Counted from the first letter of the stretch, positions 53,674-61,995 are shown. The stretch: 64,000 nt of DNA from Escherichia coli (GCF_003991155.1 NZ_CP031297.1), one strand, 5' to 3'. Numbers and translations: made by a program. Notes: generated by a model from the letters alone, not told the origin.

Positions 53674-53949
53674 ATGGATGCTGTAGCGCATATAGCAGCA
53701 GATAACCTTGTACCGGCATGTGGAGGTGCAGAGAAGCCGTTTACCGTTAGTGGTAGACAGTGGCTTTACTGCTATCACCCAGCCAGTGGGAGGCACTGCT
53801 ACTTAGACCTCGATAATGACCGTCCAGTCTGGCATCGAGGATTTCATCCTGCTTTTCATCCTGAGCTTGAGTTCGCTGATGAAGCTGAGTTGCTTCGACC
53901 AGTTGAGCGAAAGCCTGACCATGAAGAGCTGGAGGATTTTTACTTTTAA
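53674..53949 (+). CDS. hypothetical protein (91 aa) ending EELEDFYF
   Basis: Trimmed to MDAVAHIAAD... after GAGGA. Confidence 0.4.
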   Translation: MDAVAHIAADNLVPACGGAEKPFTVSGRQWLYCYHPASGRHCYLDLDNDRPVWHRGFHPAFHPELEFADEAELLRPVERKPDHEELEDFYF

Positions 53950-54006
53950 CCCACGGGGCCGCTCTTCCTGATGGGAGACGGTCCTCCATTCTCAAAGGAG
54001 AAGACC

Positions 54007-54198
54007 ATGAAAGATCACAGTCAAACGATTGTGTTCCCTGGGAACAATGTTGAATCACTTGCTGAGGCTAACGCCATGTTGAGCGCTGTGTCGGAAGATG
54101 CACGTAAAGCCAGCAATACGGAAGACAAACGTGACCTTGAATCGCTTCAAGGCTGGCTGGAAGAGAACATCAATTCTCAACTGGCAGGCGTGAAGTAA
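54007..54198 (+). CDS. hypothetical protein (63 aa)
   Basis: Trimmed to MKDHSQ... after AAGGAG. Confidence 0.4.
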   Translation: MKDHSQTIVFPGNNVESLAEANAMLSAVSEDARKASNTEDKRDLESLQGWLEENINSQLAGVK

Positions 54199-54208
54199 CT
54201 ATGACTGT

Positions 54209-54266
54209 AACCCCACTGGGGGCTTCATGCCCCTGTGGGGGCATGGTGCCCGTAAAAGGAGTCACC
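54209..54266 (+). promoter_or_regulatory. structured gene leader
   Basis: CCCCacTGGGGGCttcatGCCCCtgtGGGG. catggtgc (54242) is complementary to tcaccatg (54262), which includes the start codon. Confidence 0.6.
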
Positions 54267-54620
54267 ATGAATGCAGTGAAGATGATCCAGAAGGAAAACC
54301 AGCTTGAGCTGCCGCTTTTCTTCCTGGATGAAGAGCCGAAGACCGCAGAAGTCATTCCATTTGAGCCAAAGCCTGAATGGACTGATGATGAGGTAAGGCA
54401 GTTACGTGATGGGCTTTTATGGCATAGCCTTAGAGTCCTTGCTGATGGTCGAGCTGGAAGTGAAATCAAGCAGGAAACGATGGCTTGGGTGATGTCCGAT
54501 GAGGTACATCCATTCTCATTTGTGGTCTGCTGCGATGAAGCAGGTTACGATCCATCTGGAGTAAGGGAAGGCGTGAAGTCTATCCTAAACCGCTTAGCGC
54601 GGGTTAAAGCGGGGGGTTAA
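54267..54620 (+). CDS. hypothetical protein (117 aa)
   Basis: Trimmed to MNAVKMIQKE... after AAGGAG. Confidence 0.45.
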   Translation: MNAVKMIQKENQLELPLFFLDEEPKTAEVIPFEPKPEWTDDEVRQLRDGLLWHSLRVLADGRAGSEIKQETMAWVMSDEVHPFSFVVCCDEAGYDPSGVREGVKSILNRLARVKAGG

Positions 54621-54644
54621 CCCCCTGCTTTCCCAGTGGCATCG

Positions 54645-54662
54645 ACTTTCACATGTGAAAGT
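54645..54662. promoter_or_regulatory. palindrome ACTTTCACATGTGAAAGT, copy 4 of 4
   Basis: Exact copy lying inside the GCTTTCCC...CGGAAAGC scaffold upstream of stem-loop copy 5. Confidence 0.5.
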
Positions 54663-54709
54663 TTGTGCCCCTCGGAAAGCAAGATTTTGCTCTCTGTCGA
54701 GAGTGAATA

Positions 54710-54741
54710 GTGAGGTAGCTGGCCTCCCCAAACAAACAGCA
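54710..54741 (+). promoter_or_regulatory. conserved stem-loop module copy 5 (GAGG/CCTC)
   Basis: gtGAGGtagctggCCTCcccaaacaaacagca. Confidence 0.7.
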
Positions 54742-54749
54742 TTCTACAT

Positions 54750-54811
54750 AACCCTTGGGGGATCACTGCCCCTCGGGCTGGTGGTTCCCTGACAAACATG
54801 GAGCCACAACT
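54750..54811 (+). promoter_or_regulatory. structured gene leader
   Basis: gtggttcc (54781) pairs with ggagccac (54800) with one G-U pair. Confidence 0.6.
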
Positions 54812-55156
54812 ATGACTACTCTTGCCAGCTTTGCGAATCCGATTTCTGTTATTCAACGCTCACCAACCAGTGGGGTGTTTGGCACAAATCAGTTCGTAGG
54901 AGACAAAGAGGGATTTGTACAAAAGGTGCTCGGAAAGTGGTACTGCAATCCAGGGAATACCATTCCCGTTGAGAGCATGTCCCACCTTGAGCAGGCGGAG
55001 AAACTGTATGACTTCTATGTCAAGTATCTCCAAGTGAAAGAAAAGATCTCTGTGAACCTTGGCCGGGTGCTGCATAAGCTGTACAGCACTGGTTCTATCA
55101 AGGAAGCAGAGATCGTGCTTGAAGCAATAAAGGCTCAGGCTGGCGTAACAGCTTGA
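54812..55156 (+). CDS. hypothetical protein (114 aa)
   Basis: Trimmed to MTTLASFANP... after GGAG. Confidence 0.45.
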   Translation: MTTLASFANPISVIQRSPTSGVFGTNQFVGDKEGFVQKVLGKWYCNPGNTIPVESMSHLEQAEKLYDFYVKYLQVKEKISVNLGRVLHKLYSTGSIKEAEIVLEAIKAQAGVTA

Positions 55157-55166
55157 GCAATCTACT

Positions 55167-55233
55167 AACCCTAAACCGGGTGCATCCGCCCGGTTCGGGA
55201 CGTGGTGCGCCCCCAAACTATTTGGAGTGCATC
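55167..55233 (+). promoter_or_regulatory. structured gene leader, near-copy of 46516-46577
   Basis: Shares catccgcccggttcgggacgtggtgcgcccccaa and ttggagtgcatcatg with the leader of 46578. Confidence 0.65.
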
Positions 55234-55536
55234 ATGGAAAAACATAACCTCAAATCCGGATTCAGCATCTATTTCGCTGACGTCCATTTCGAGAAACAAG
55301 TCTACGCATTCGGCTCAGGACTTGGCTTCACCTCTGTGATTTACGCCTACTCGCTGGGCCGAGATCCGGAAGAAGCTGAGAAGCTGGCGCTTGAAAAGTA
55401 CGACTCTGACGAAACGAAGGTGAAGAAGGTGCATGTCAATCTGGCTCGCAGCCAGGACATCAACCGCTACACCTTCCCTGAACAAATGGCTGGCTTTGCT
55501 AATGCCATTCAGTCTCACGGCATCGCTGTGAACTGA
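55234..55536 (+). CDS. hypothetical protein (100 aa)
   Basis: Trimmed to MEKHNLKSGF... Confidence 0.45.
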   Translation: MEKHNLKSGFSIYFADVHFEKQVYAFGSGLGFTSVIYAYSLGRDPEEAEKLALEKYDSDETKVKKVHVNLARSQDINRYTFPEQMAGFANAIQSHGIAVN

Positions 55537-55547
55537 GAACCACTTTA

Positions 55548-55613
55548 AACCCATCGGGGCCATTACTTCCCGATTGGGACGGTAGTGGCCTCTCAACCGA
55601 AAGGAGAGAGCTC
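55548..55613 (+). promoter_or_regulatory. structured gene leader with loop-to-downstream (pseudoknot-type) complementarity
   Basis: ATCGGGgccattacttCCCGAT. Loop gccattac (55559) pairs with gtagtggc (55582) over 8 bp, one of them G-U. ctctc pairs with the SD gagag. Confidence 0.6.
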
Positions 55614-57239
55614 ATGGCTACTATCGTAAACACCAAGTTAGGAGAACATCGAGGCAAGAAGCGCGTCTGGCTGGAAGGCCAAAAGCTACTGCGTGAAGGT
55701 TACTATCCTGGCATGAAGTATGATCTGGAGCTGAAAGATTCCCAGGTTGTGCTTCGCGTCAAAGAGGAGGGTAAGTTCACCATCAGTAAGCGTGAGCGCA
55801 ATGGCCGGGTGTCTCCAATCATCGATCTGACCGTGCAGGAGCTTGCTACCGTTTTTGACGGTGTAGAGATGCTCCGCGTGTTCATCCGTAACGGCGCAAT
55901 TGTGATCTCTGCTCACCATCAACAAGAGCGAGTGATCGAGCGCGTCAACCGGCTTATCAGTAAGCTGGAGAATGGAGAATCGCTTTCGGTATGCAGCCTC
56001 TTTCATGGGGGTGGTGTGCTTGATAAAGCGATTCACGCCGGTTTTCACAAGGCGGGAATTGCCAGTGCCATATCTGTGGCCGTGGAGATGGAAGGGAAAT
56101 ATCTCGATTCGTCTTTGGCAAATAACCCGGAGCTTTGGAACGAAGATTCTATTGTTATCGAATCGCCAATCCAGGCTGTGAATCTCAGCAAACGCCCACC
56201 ACAGGTGGATGTTTTGATGGGGGGCATACCGTGTACCGGCGCGTCAAAGTCAGGTCGCAGTAAGAACAAGTTGGAGTTTGCCGAATCGCATGAGGCGGCA
56301 GGTGCCATGTTCTTCAACTTCCTGCAATTCGTAGAAGCGCTAAACCCAGCCGTTGTGCTGATTGAGAACGTGCCTGAGTACCAGAACACCGCTTCGATGG
56401 AAGTGATTCGTTCGGTGCTCTCTTCGTTGGGTTACTCCCTACAAGAGCGCATTCTCGACGGCAATGAGTTTGGGGTTATTGAGCGCCGCAAGCGTCTTTG
56501 TGTTGTTGCGCTTTCCCACGGGATCGACGGGTTTGAACTTGAGAAGGTTCAGCCTGTTCGCACCAAGGAAAGTCGCATACAGGACATCCTGGAGCCAGTT
56601 CCGCTCGATTCTGAACGTTGGAAGTCATTTGACTATCTGGCTGAGAAGGAGTTGAGAGACAAAGCTGCTGGCAAGGGGTTCTCTCGCCAGCTTCTGACTG
56701 GCGACGATGAGTTTTGCGGCACCATAGGTAAGGACTATGCAAAATGCAGAAGTACCGAACCTTTCATTGTTCATCCAGAACAGCCGGAGTTGTCTCGCAT
56801 CTTTACACCGACAGAACATTGTCGAGTGAAAGGGATACCAGAGGAACTCATCCAAGGTCTGTCGGACACTATTGCCCACCAGATTCTCGGGCAATCGGTA
56901 GTCTTTCCCGCGTTCGAGGCTTTAGCCCTCGCATTAGGGAACAGCCTGTGGAGCTGGGTTGGAATGATGCCAATCATGGTCGAAGTCGTGGATGAATCAC
57001 AGCCGGTGATCGGTGGTGAAGACTTCCATTGGGCAACGGCATTGGTTGACGCAAAGGGCACTCTCAAGCTGTCACCGGCAGCGAAAAAACAGGGGATGCC
57101 CTTCAACATTATGGATGGTCAATTGGCTGTCTATTCACCTAACGGAACTAAAAAGAGCTGCGGCCATGAGCCTTGCGAATATCTCCCGGTAATGATGTCC
57201 GGAGACGCAATCATGGTCACTTCATCTTTGGTTCATTAG
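55614..57239 (+). CDS. dcm: C5-cytosine DNA methyltransferase with AbrB-like N-terminal segment
   Basis: 541 aa; FHGGGVLD (I), GIPCTGASKSG (IV), ENVPEY (VI), ERRKRLCVVA (VIII), ILGQSV (X). Confidence 0.8.
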   Translation: MATIVNTKLGEHRGKKRVWLEGQKLLREGYYPGMKYDLELKDSQVVLRVKEEGKFTISKRERNGRVSPIIDLTVQELATVFDGVEMLRVFIRNGAIVISAHHQQERVIERVNRLISKLENGESLSVCSLFHGGGVLDKAIHAGFHKAGIASAISVAVEMEGKYLDSSLANNPELWNEDSIVIESPIQAVNLSKRPPQVDVLMGGIPCTGASKSGRSKNKLEFAESHEAAGAMFFNFLQFVEALNPAVVLIENVPEYQNTASMEVIRSVLSSLGYSLQERILDGNEFGVIERRKRLCVVALSHGIDGFELEKVQPVRTKESRIQDILEPVPLDSERWKSFDYLAEKELRDKAAGKGFSRQLLTGDDEFCGTIGKDYAKCRSTEPFIVHPEQPELSRIFTPTEHCRVKGIPEELIQGLSDTIAHQILGQSVVFPAFEALALALGNSLWSWVGMMPIMVEVVDESQPVIGGEDFHWATALVDAKGTLKLSPAAKKQGMPFNIMDGQLAVYSPNGTKKSCGHEPCEYLPVMMSGDAIMVTSSLVH

Positions 57240-57299
57240 TAACTCACCGGGGCAATGCCGAAAGGCCTTTGCTCCGGCCTATCCGAAAGGAGAGTAATC

Positions 57300-57731
57300 A
57301 TGAAAATCGAAACTGTTGTGCCTTTACCTCCCGAGGATTCAGGCCTTCAACACTGCATTGCCAGGTTCCATAACCGCAACATGGATTCCAAGCGAAAAGA
57401 CAAGACCCGTTTTTTCAGGAGGGAGCCGGTTATGATCGTAAACCCAGAGACCAAAGCAAAGGTTCTCCGGTATGCGATGGGCAACCCTGGGAATTTATCC
57501 ATCACAAAGCTGGCGGTCGCGCTGGATTACGATGCGGTAGATGCTCTGGGTGTTCGTTTTAAAGACACTGTAAATCTTGAGGTTCGCAGAGCCAGGCGCT
57601 GGGAAGTCTGGCAGTGGTTCTGGAACCATCCGGATCAAAGTGTCCAACTGTCAATCAAATTGGGCGTGGTTGGCGCTGTGTTGGGAGTCATGGGCTTCCT
57701 GACTGGCGTAGCTCCGTACCTCTTGGGATAA
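57300..57731 (+). CDS. hypothetical protein with C-terminal TM helix (143 aa)
   Basis: Trimmed to MKIETVVPLP... after AAGGAGAG. Confidence 0.45.
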   Translation: MKIETVVPLPPEDSGLQHCIARFHNRNMDSKRKDKTRFFRREPVMIVNPETKAKVLRYAMGNPGNLSITKLAVALDYDAVDALGVRFKDTVNLEVRRARRWEVWQWFWNHPDQSVQLSIKLGVVGAVLGVMGFLTGVAPYLLG

Positions 57732-57804
57732 ACCAATAAAGCCGTTAACGGGCAATGTAAGTCCGGAGACGGCTTGCATTGCTCTCTCGAAAGTGGAGAG
57801 TCAA

Positions 57805-58359
57805 ATGAACACATTAGAACAACTTGTAAATCAGAGAGTGCTTGAGGAAGGTCTGAAAAAGGCGAAGCCATTGGCCGCGCAAATGGGGCTTGAATCTGTA
57901 CCTGATGAGATGCTTGAAATGATCTGCCCAAACTTGAACTACTCTGGGCAGTTTACGCCAGCTCTGTACGCGAGATTTCAAAGCGTAAAGCGATTACTGA
58001 AAGAGTTGTCGGAACAAACCTCACCTAAGCACGGGCATATTGTGAAGTTTACCAACCAATATGGGAGCTACGATGAGTCAGCTTTGCTGTTCAAAGAAGG
58101 CGACGTCAGAAACCAGAACTTGGTTGCTTGTGTGGGCGGGAAGACGATAAATCTCGGAGAGCTAGAGCTTCGAGATTATGGGCTCAATATGCACATCGGT
58201 TGCGGTGGACCATTTGAGCCGATCTCAGAAGCGCAGATTCAGTCCTTGTCTGAGTTTGACTTCTATGAGACGACCTACAGATTCTGGGGCCAGAATCCAT
58301 GTGGAAACGGGATGATAGACATCACCGTCCCTATGAAACGTTGGTTCTTGACTGTGTAG
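57805..58359 (+). CDS. hypothetical protein (184 aa)
   Basis: Trimmed to MNTLEQLVNQ... after GGAGAG; ctctc upstream can pair with the SD. Confidence 0.45.
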   Translation: MNTLEQLVNQRVLEEGLKKAKPLAAQMGLESVPDEMLEMICPNLNYSGQFTPALYARFQSVKRLLKELSEQTSPKHGHIVKFTNQYGSYDESALLFKEGDVRNQNLVACVGGKTINLGELELRDYGLNMHIGCGGPFEPISEAQIQSLSEFDFYETTYRFWGQNPCGNGMIDITVPMKRWFLTV

Positions 58360-58393
58360 CTTCAACCTGAGTGCGCCGAGAAATCGGCGTACC

Positions 58394-58418
58394 GGCCCCT
58401 TAAAAAGGGTAATCAGCG
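58394..58418 (+). promoter_or_regulatory. degenerate AcaCD/SetCD-type box
   Basis: ggccccttaaaaagggtaatcagcg. Confidence 0.35.
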
Positions 58419-58491
58419 CAGGGGGAAACCCCGCGCTTTCCCAAGCATCTCGGTTTCCCAGGGTGCTTCGGAAAGTGCCTTAGGCGCTCAA

Positions 58492-58523
58492 GTGCGGTAG
58501 CTGGCTGCCAAAAACAAACAGCA
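58492..58523 (+). promoter_or_regulatory. conserved stem-loop module copy 6 (GCGG/CTGC); most ops-like copy
   Basis: gtGCGGtagctggCTGCcaaaaacaaacagca; GCGGTAGC equals 8 consecutive nt of ops GGCGGTAGnnTG. Confidence 0.7.
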
Positions 58524-58591
58524 AATTATCAACCCTGACGGGAGCACCTCCTGTTAGGGGGGCTCCGTCATAAACTGAACGGAGATATAGC

Positions 58592-58978
58592 ATGTCTAAA
58601 AACGTCAACGATGTTTTTTCAAACCGAACTTCTTTGGAATGTACTGTGAATGCAGCGCTGGATCGTCGTATCGGTCTGCGTGTCGGGTTCCCTCATTACA
58701 GAGAAGGAGCAAACGGTGTGGTTTGTGAGATCGAAGCAGAGTACCCATTGCTCAACACTCATTCGAGTGTTGCATGGCCCCTGCTCGATGAACTCAACAG
58801 TTACACCATCCAAAAAAACCAATCGCTCATTGATCACATTGATAATGCGGTCGCTGAACTGTTGAAACACAAGGCTCGTCTACAGCTTGATATTCAAAAG
58901 CTGCAAGACGGTGACATTGATCTGGTGAAACAGGCCAAGCAGCAATACGAAGACAACCAGATGTCGAGTAGCAGCTAG
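58592..58978 (+). CDS. hypothetical protein (128 aa)
   Basis: ACGGAG SD, which can pair with an upstream ctccgt. Confidence 0.45.
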   Translation: MSKNVNDVFSNRTSLECTVNAALDRRIGLRVGFPHYREGANGVVCEIEAEYPLLNTHSSVAWPLLDELNSYTIQKNQSLIDHIDNAVAELLKHKARLQLDIQKLQDGDIDLVKQAKQQYEDNQMSSSS

Positions 58979-59065
58979 TTCAGGTCTGATAGCCAGGATT
59001 CAATTTTAACCCTACCGGGGTGCTTTCCCGGAAGGGATGGGCACCCTGCTAATCCAGGAGGCCCT

Positions 59066-61519
59066 ATGCAACAAACATTAAACTTTGATCTATCAGAACA
59101 ACCCATCCCAGTGCTTTTGCGTGGGGATAAGTGGGATTCTGTTTGGTCAGAACTGACTGATAACGAGGATTTGAACTTCGTTGATGCCAGTAGAGGAACC
59201 AGTCTGTCATCGTTGATCACGTCATCGGTTGAGTCCATTCACACGGCCTTAATTGATGGGTGGACCATGATGATCGGCTATTCCAGTGGTAAAGATTCTG
59301 AAACGGTCTTGCACCTGTTCCTGATGGCCCTGATCCGGGCTGTAAGGAGTGGGGCGACCATCAGCCAGCACCACTTCATCTTGCACACTGACACACTGAT
59401 CGAAAGCCCAGAGGTAAGGTGGCTGGCGGATCAGAAACTGGCCGAGCTGGAGCGTTTCATTGCGAAGGAAAACCTTCCTCTGACCATCGTTCTAGCAAAG
59501 CCTGGGATCTCGCAGAGTTGGACGGGCCGAATCCTTACTGGGAGGGGGTTGCCTACGTTTTCCAACTCCACGGCCCGCCAGTGTAGCCAGGATTTAAAAA
59601 TCACCTCTGCCAAAAGAGCGAAGGCAGCTTATATGCGAGAGCTTCCCAAAGAGGTTCGACAGAAAGTCTGCCTTTTGCTGGGCAGTCGTGATGCTGAAAG
59701 CACTATTCGTGCGGCCAACATTGCAAAACAGCGAGGAAGCTCAGATCGCGTCATTAAGACGAAAGATGGGGGTGAGCTGTATGTGGTGAAAAACTGGTTG
59801 GCGAGTGATGTCTGGGAGTTCTTACTATCCGCTGGCATGGGCTCAGCATATCCTCTGCCAAGTTACTTGGAGAGCAATGTCACTACGGCAGAGCTTTACA
59901 AGGCGGCAACAGGGGAGTGCGTGTGGTCGGCAACAGAGAAGAAGGCCAGTGACGCCTGTGGCGCTCGCTTCGGTTGCTGGGCTTGCCAGGCTGTTGGGTT
60001 GGATAAGTCAATGGAGACGTTGCTTGCCACGGACCCTGAAAGGCATGGCTATATGTCGGGGCTGAACCGCATCCAGCGCTACTTGGCAAAACGCCGGTAC
60101 GCATGGGAAGACCGCCATCCCGTAGGTCGAACGATTTACGAGGGCGGATACATCAAAATACAGCCGGACGTTTACAGTCCTGTTTTCCTAGAACGATTGC
60201 TTCATGTCTGTTGCAGCATGGACTACATGGAGCAAAAGAGAGCTGATGAGCTGGCATACAAGCTGGCTACTGGTCAAGCAGAGGATAACGACTGGAACCG
60301 TCGAATGGCAGAGCCACAATTCCGGATCATATCGGAAGAGGCTTTAGTCCATATCGACTTCATGTGGGCCTTCCATCATTTCAATGATAAGCCTTTCCAT
60401 GCCCTGGAGATTTACCACAGGGTTTGGTCGATGGGTGATCTGGACTTGCTGGAAGACGAGCCGCAGTGTGAAACCGTTCCTCAGTCACCAATTCCGAAGC
60501 CATTGTGGTTGAAGGTTGGTCGCTGGGGCGATGGTTCGCTTTCTGATGGCTTGGCCGATCCGTTAGCGGAAATGGCTTACTTTGACGGCGGGGATGACCC
60601 GTTGGCAGCGCAAGTGATCAATACCGCAGACGGAAAGAGAAGGGTGGTTTGCTTCGCAGAAGATGATGAAGTGAAAGTCGATCCCGACTCCGCTGCGTTC
60701 ATCATCTGGAACGAATACCCGCGACTAAGGGAGTCTGTACTAAAGGGACATTATACGCCCGGTAGTGCAGCGCAGTTCTACCTTCGGTTCGGAGCAATCC
60801 AGCTTGCGAAAGGAAAAGGCGCTTTGTATCACCGTATGATGCAAAGAGGTCAAACCTACCACCAGATGGGCCTTACAGGGCTACAGACGATGGAAGGAAT
60901 CCAACAGCGCAAGGATGTCAAAGTGCTTAGCGATGCTAAGTACAAAGATCTGGTGAAGCGAAAAATCAAGGGAAGACTGGCAACGGTACGCTGGTGGGTC
61001 AACTTGCACTTAACGTTCAAGTACCATCTGCACCACCGTACTCCGACGGGGTTGTTCATCGAGAAGCAACTTGACCAGGAAGCAATGGAAGAACAGAAAC
61101 GGCATCAGGAGCGATGGTTTAACTACGTGACTGACGCGATGCTTTGTTACTCCAGCGCATTCTGTATGAGCGTCATGGAAGGGCGAGAGGGGAGCGGAAA
61201 CGCCAACATTCGTCGTTACATGGCCGCGACCAGAAGGAAGGCTTATACGGCCCTCTGCGAGCTCTTGGACAATACTGACGCCCAGTGGATGAATGATGTG
61301 GTCCAGAGTGCCGTAGGGCAGTATGAGGCGATACAGGCAGCCCTAACCGAAGGTTCCGCGCTTGCTATCTATCTCGACTGGATCAACCTACTGTCAAAAC
61401 GCCATCCAGCCTCTTTGGAGCGACATGTCAGAACGATGATCAAGGCGGTTCAACGCTTACATCGCCGCGACGACACAGAGTTGCAAAGAGGACAGCAAGG
61501 CTTGTCCTTGGCCGCATAA
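59066..61519 (+). CDS. DndC-like PP-loop ATPase / PAPS-reductase-family enzyme with long C-terminal extension
   Basis: 817 aa; MMIGYSSGKDSE (SGGKDS-type PP-loop); ACGARFGCWACQ (DndC-type Cys motif, from memory); no dndA/B/D/E nearby. Confidence 0.6.
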   Translation: MQQTLNFDLSEQPIPVLLRGDKWDSVWSELTDNEDLNFVDASRGTSLSSLITSSVESIHTALIDGWTMMIGYSSGKDSETVLHLFLMALIRAVRSGATISQHHFILHTDTLIESPEVRWLADQKLAELERFIAKENLPLTIVLAKPGISQSWTGRILTGRGLPTFSNSTARQCSQDLKITSAKRAKAAYMRELPKEVRQKVCLLLGSRDAESTIRAANIAKQRGSSDRVIKTKDGGELYVVKNWLASDVWEFLLSAGMGSAYPLPSYLESNVTTAELYKAATGECVWSATEKKASDACGARFGCWACQAVGLDKSMETLLATDPERHGYMSGLNRIQRYLAKRRYAWEDRHPVGRTIYEGGYIKIQPDVYSPVFLERLLHVCCSMDYMEQKRADELAYKLATGQAEDNDWNRRMAEPQFRIISEEALVHIDFMWAFHHFNDKPFHALEIYHRVWSMGDLDLLEDEPQCETVPQSPIPKPLWLKVGRWGDGSLSDGLADPLAEMAYFDGGDDPLAAQVINTADGKRRVVCFAEDDEVKVDPDSAAFIIWNEYPRLRESVLKGHYTPGSAAQFYLRFGAIQLAKGKGALYHRMMQRGQTYHQMGLTGLQTMEGIQQRKDVKVLSDAKYKDLVKRKIKGRLATVRWWVNLHLTFKYHLHHRTPTGLFIEKQLDQEAMEEQKRHQERWFNYVTDAMLCYSSAFCMSVMEGREGSGNANIRRYMAATRRKAYTALCELLDNTDAQWMNDVVQSAVGQYEAIQAALTEGSALAIYLDWINLLSKRHPASLERHVRTMIKAVQRLHRRDDTELQRGQQGLSLAA

Positions 61520-61550
61520 AAAGCCCTCCTTCGGGAGGGCTTTTTCTTTT
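61519..61550 (+). terminator. intrinsic terminator
   Basis: AAGCCCTCC-ttcg-GGAGGGCTT followed by tttctttt. Confidence 0.8.
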
Positions 61551-61575
61551 GCACCCCAAAAGGGCAATTACAGCG
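61551..61575 (+). promoter_or_regulatory. AcaCD/SetCD-type box
   Basis: gcaccccaaaagggcaattacagcg. Confidence 0.55.
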
Positions 61576-61634
61576 TTTTACCCTTTTAGGTGGCTGTCAT
61601 ACTCTTTGTTCATTGTCAGCGCTTGCTGGCTATA

Positions 61635-61657
61635 ACGGTAGCTGGCCCAAAACAGCA
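61635..61657 (+). promoter_or_regulatory. conserved stem-loop module copy 7 (shortened: CGG/CCC, tail AAAACAGCA)
   Basis: aCGGtagctggCCCaaaacagca, about 60 nt downstream of the box at 61551. Confidence 0.6.
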
Positions 61658-61664
61658 ATAACCT

Positions 61665-61720
61665 AACCCCTCGGGAGGAAACCCCTCCTGGGTTCTCTCC
61701 CACAAACAAAGGAGAGAAGC
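61665..61720 (+). promoter_or_regulatory. structured gene leader
   Basis: ttctctcc (61693) is the exact complement of ggagagaa (61711). Confidence 0.6.
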
Positions 61721-61924
61721 ATGAGCCTAGACAAGTTAAGTCGGCTGGTGGACCAACAACGAAAGATCCAGGATGAAATCGACAATGAAATCATTCTGGC
61801 CGTCAAAGAGGTGTTGGCTACAAACTCAGTCGGTTTAGCCCGTGAGCTTGTTGGGGGTGTCCCGCAAGATCATCCATTCCATCCGTTTTTACTCGCTATA
61901 GCTAAGCAGCTTGACCCGAGATAA
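61721..61924 (+). CDS. hypothetical protein (67 aa)
   Basis: AAGGAGAGAAGC-ATG. Confidence 0.4.
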   Translation: MSLDKLSRLVDQQRKIQDEIDNEIILAVKEVLATNSVGLARELVGGVPQDHPFHPFLLAIAKQLDPR

Positions 61925-61930
61925 CTAAGT

Positions 61931-61995
61931 AACCCAACCGGGTACACCAAGGCCCGGTCGGCTTTGGTGTACCTCCAACCAATTTTGGAGGCACT
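61931..61995 (+). promoter_or_regulatory. structured gene leader
   Basis: CCGGGtacaccaaggCCCGG. Loop tacaccaag (61943) pairs with ctttggtgta (61962). cctccaa (61972) pairs with ttggagg (61985). Confidence 0.65.

Noticed and set aside
40585..61657. Reading the TAGCTGG module as a sigma-54 promoter (TGG...)
   Set aside because: There is no GC at the -12 position with the required GG-N10-GC spacing, and the compensatory changes in the arms indicate a hairpin rather than a promoter consensus.
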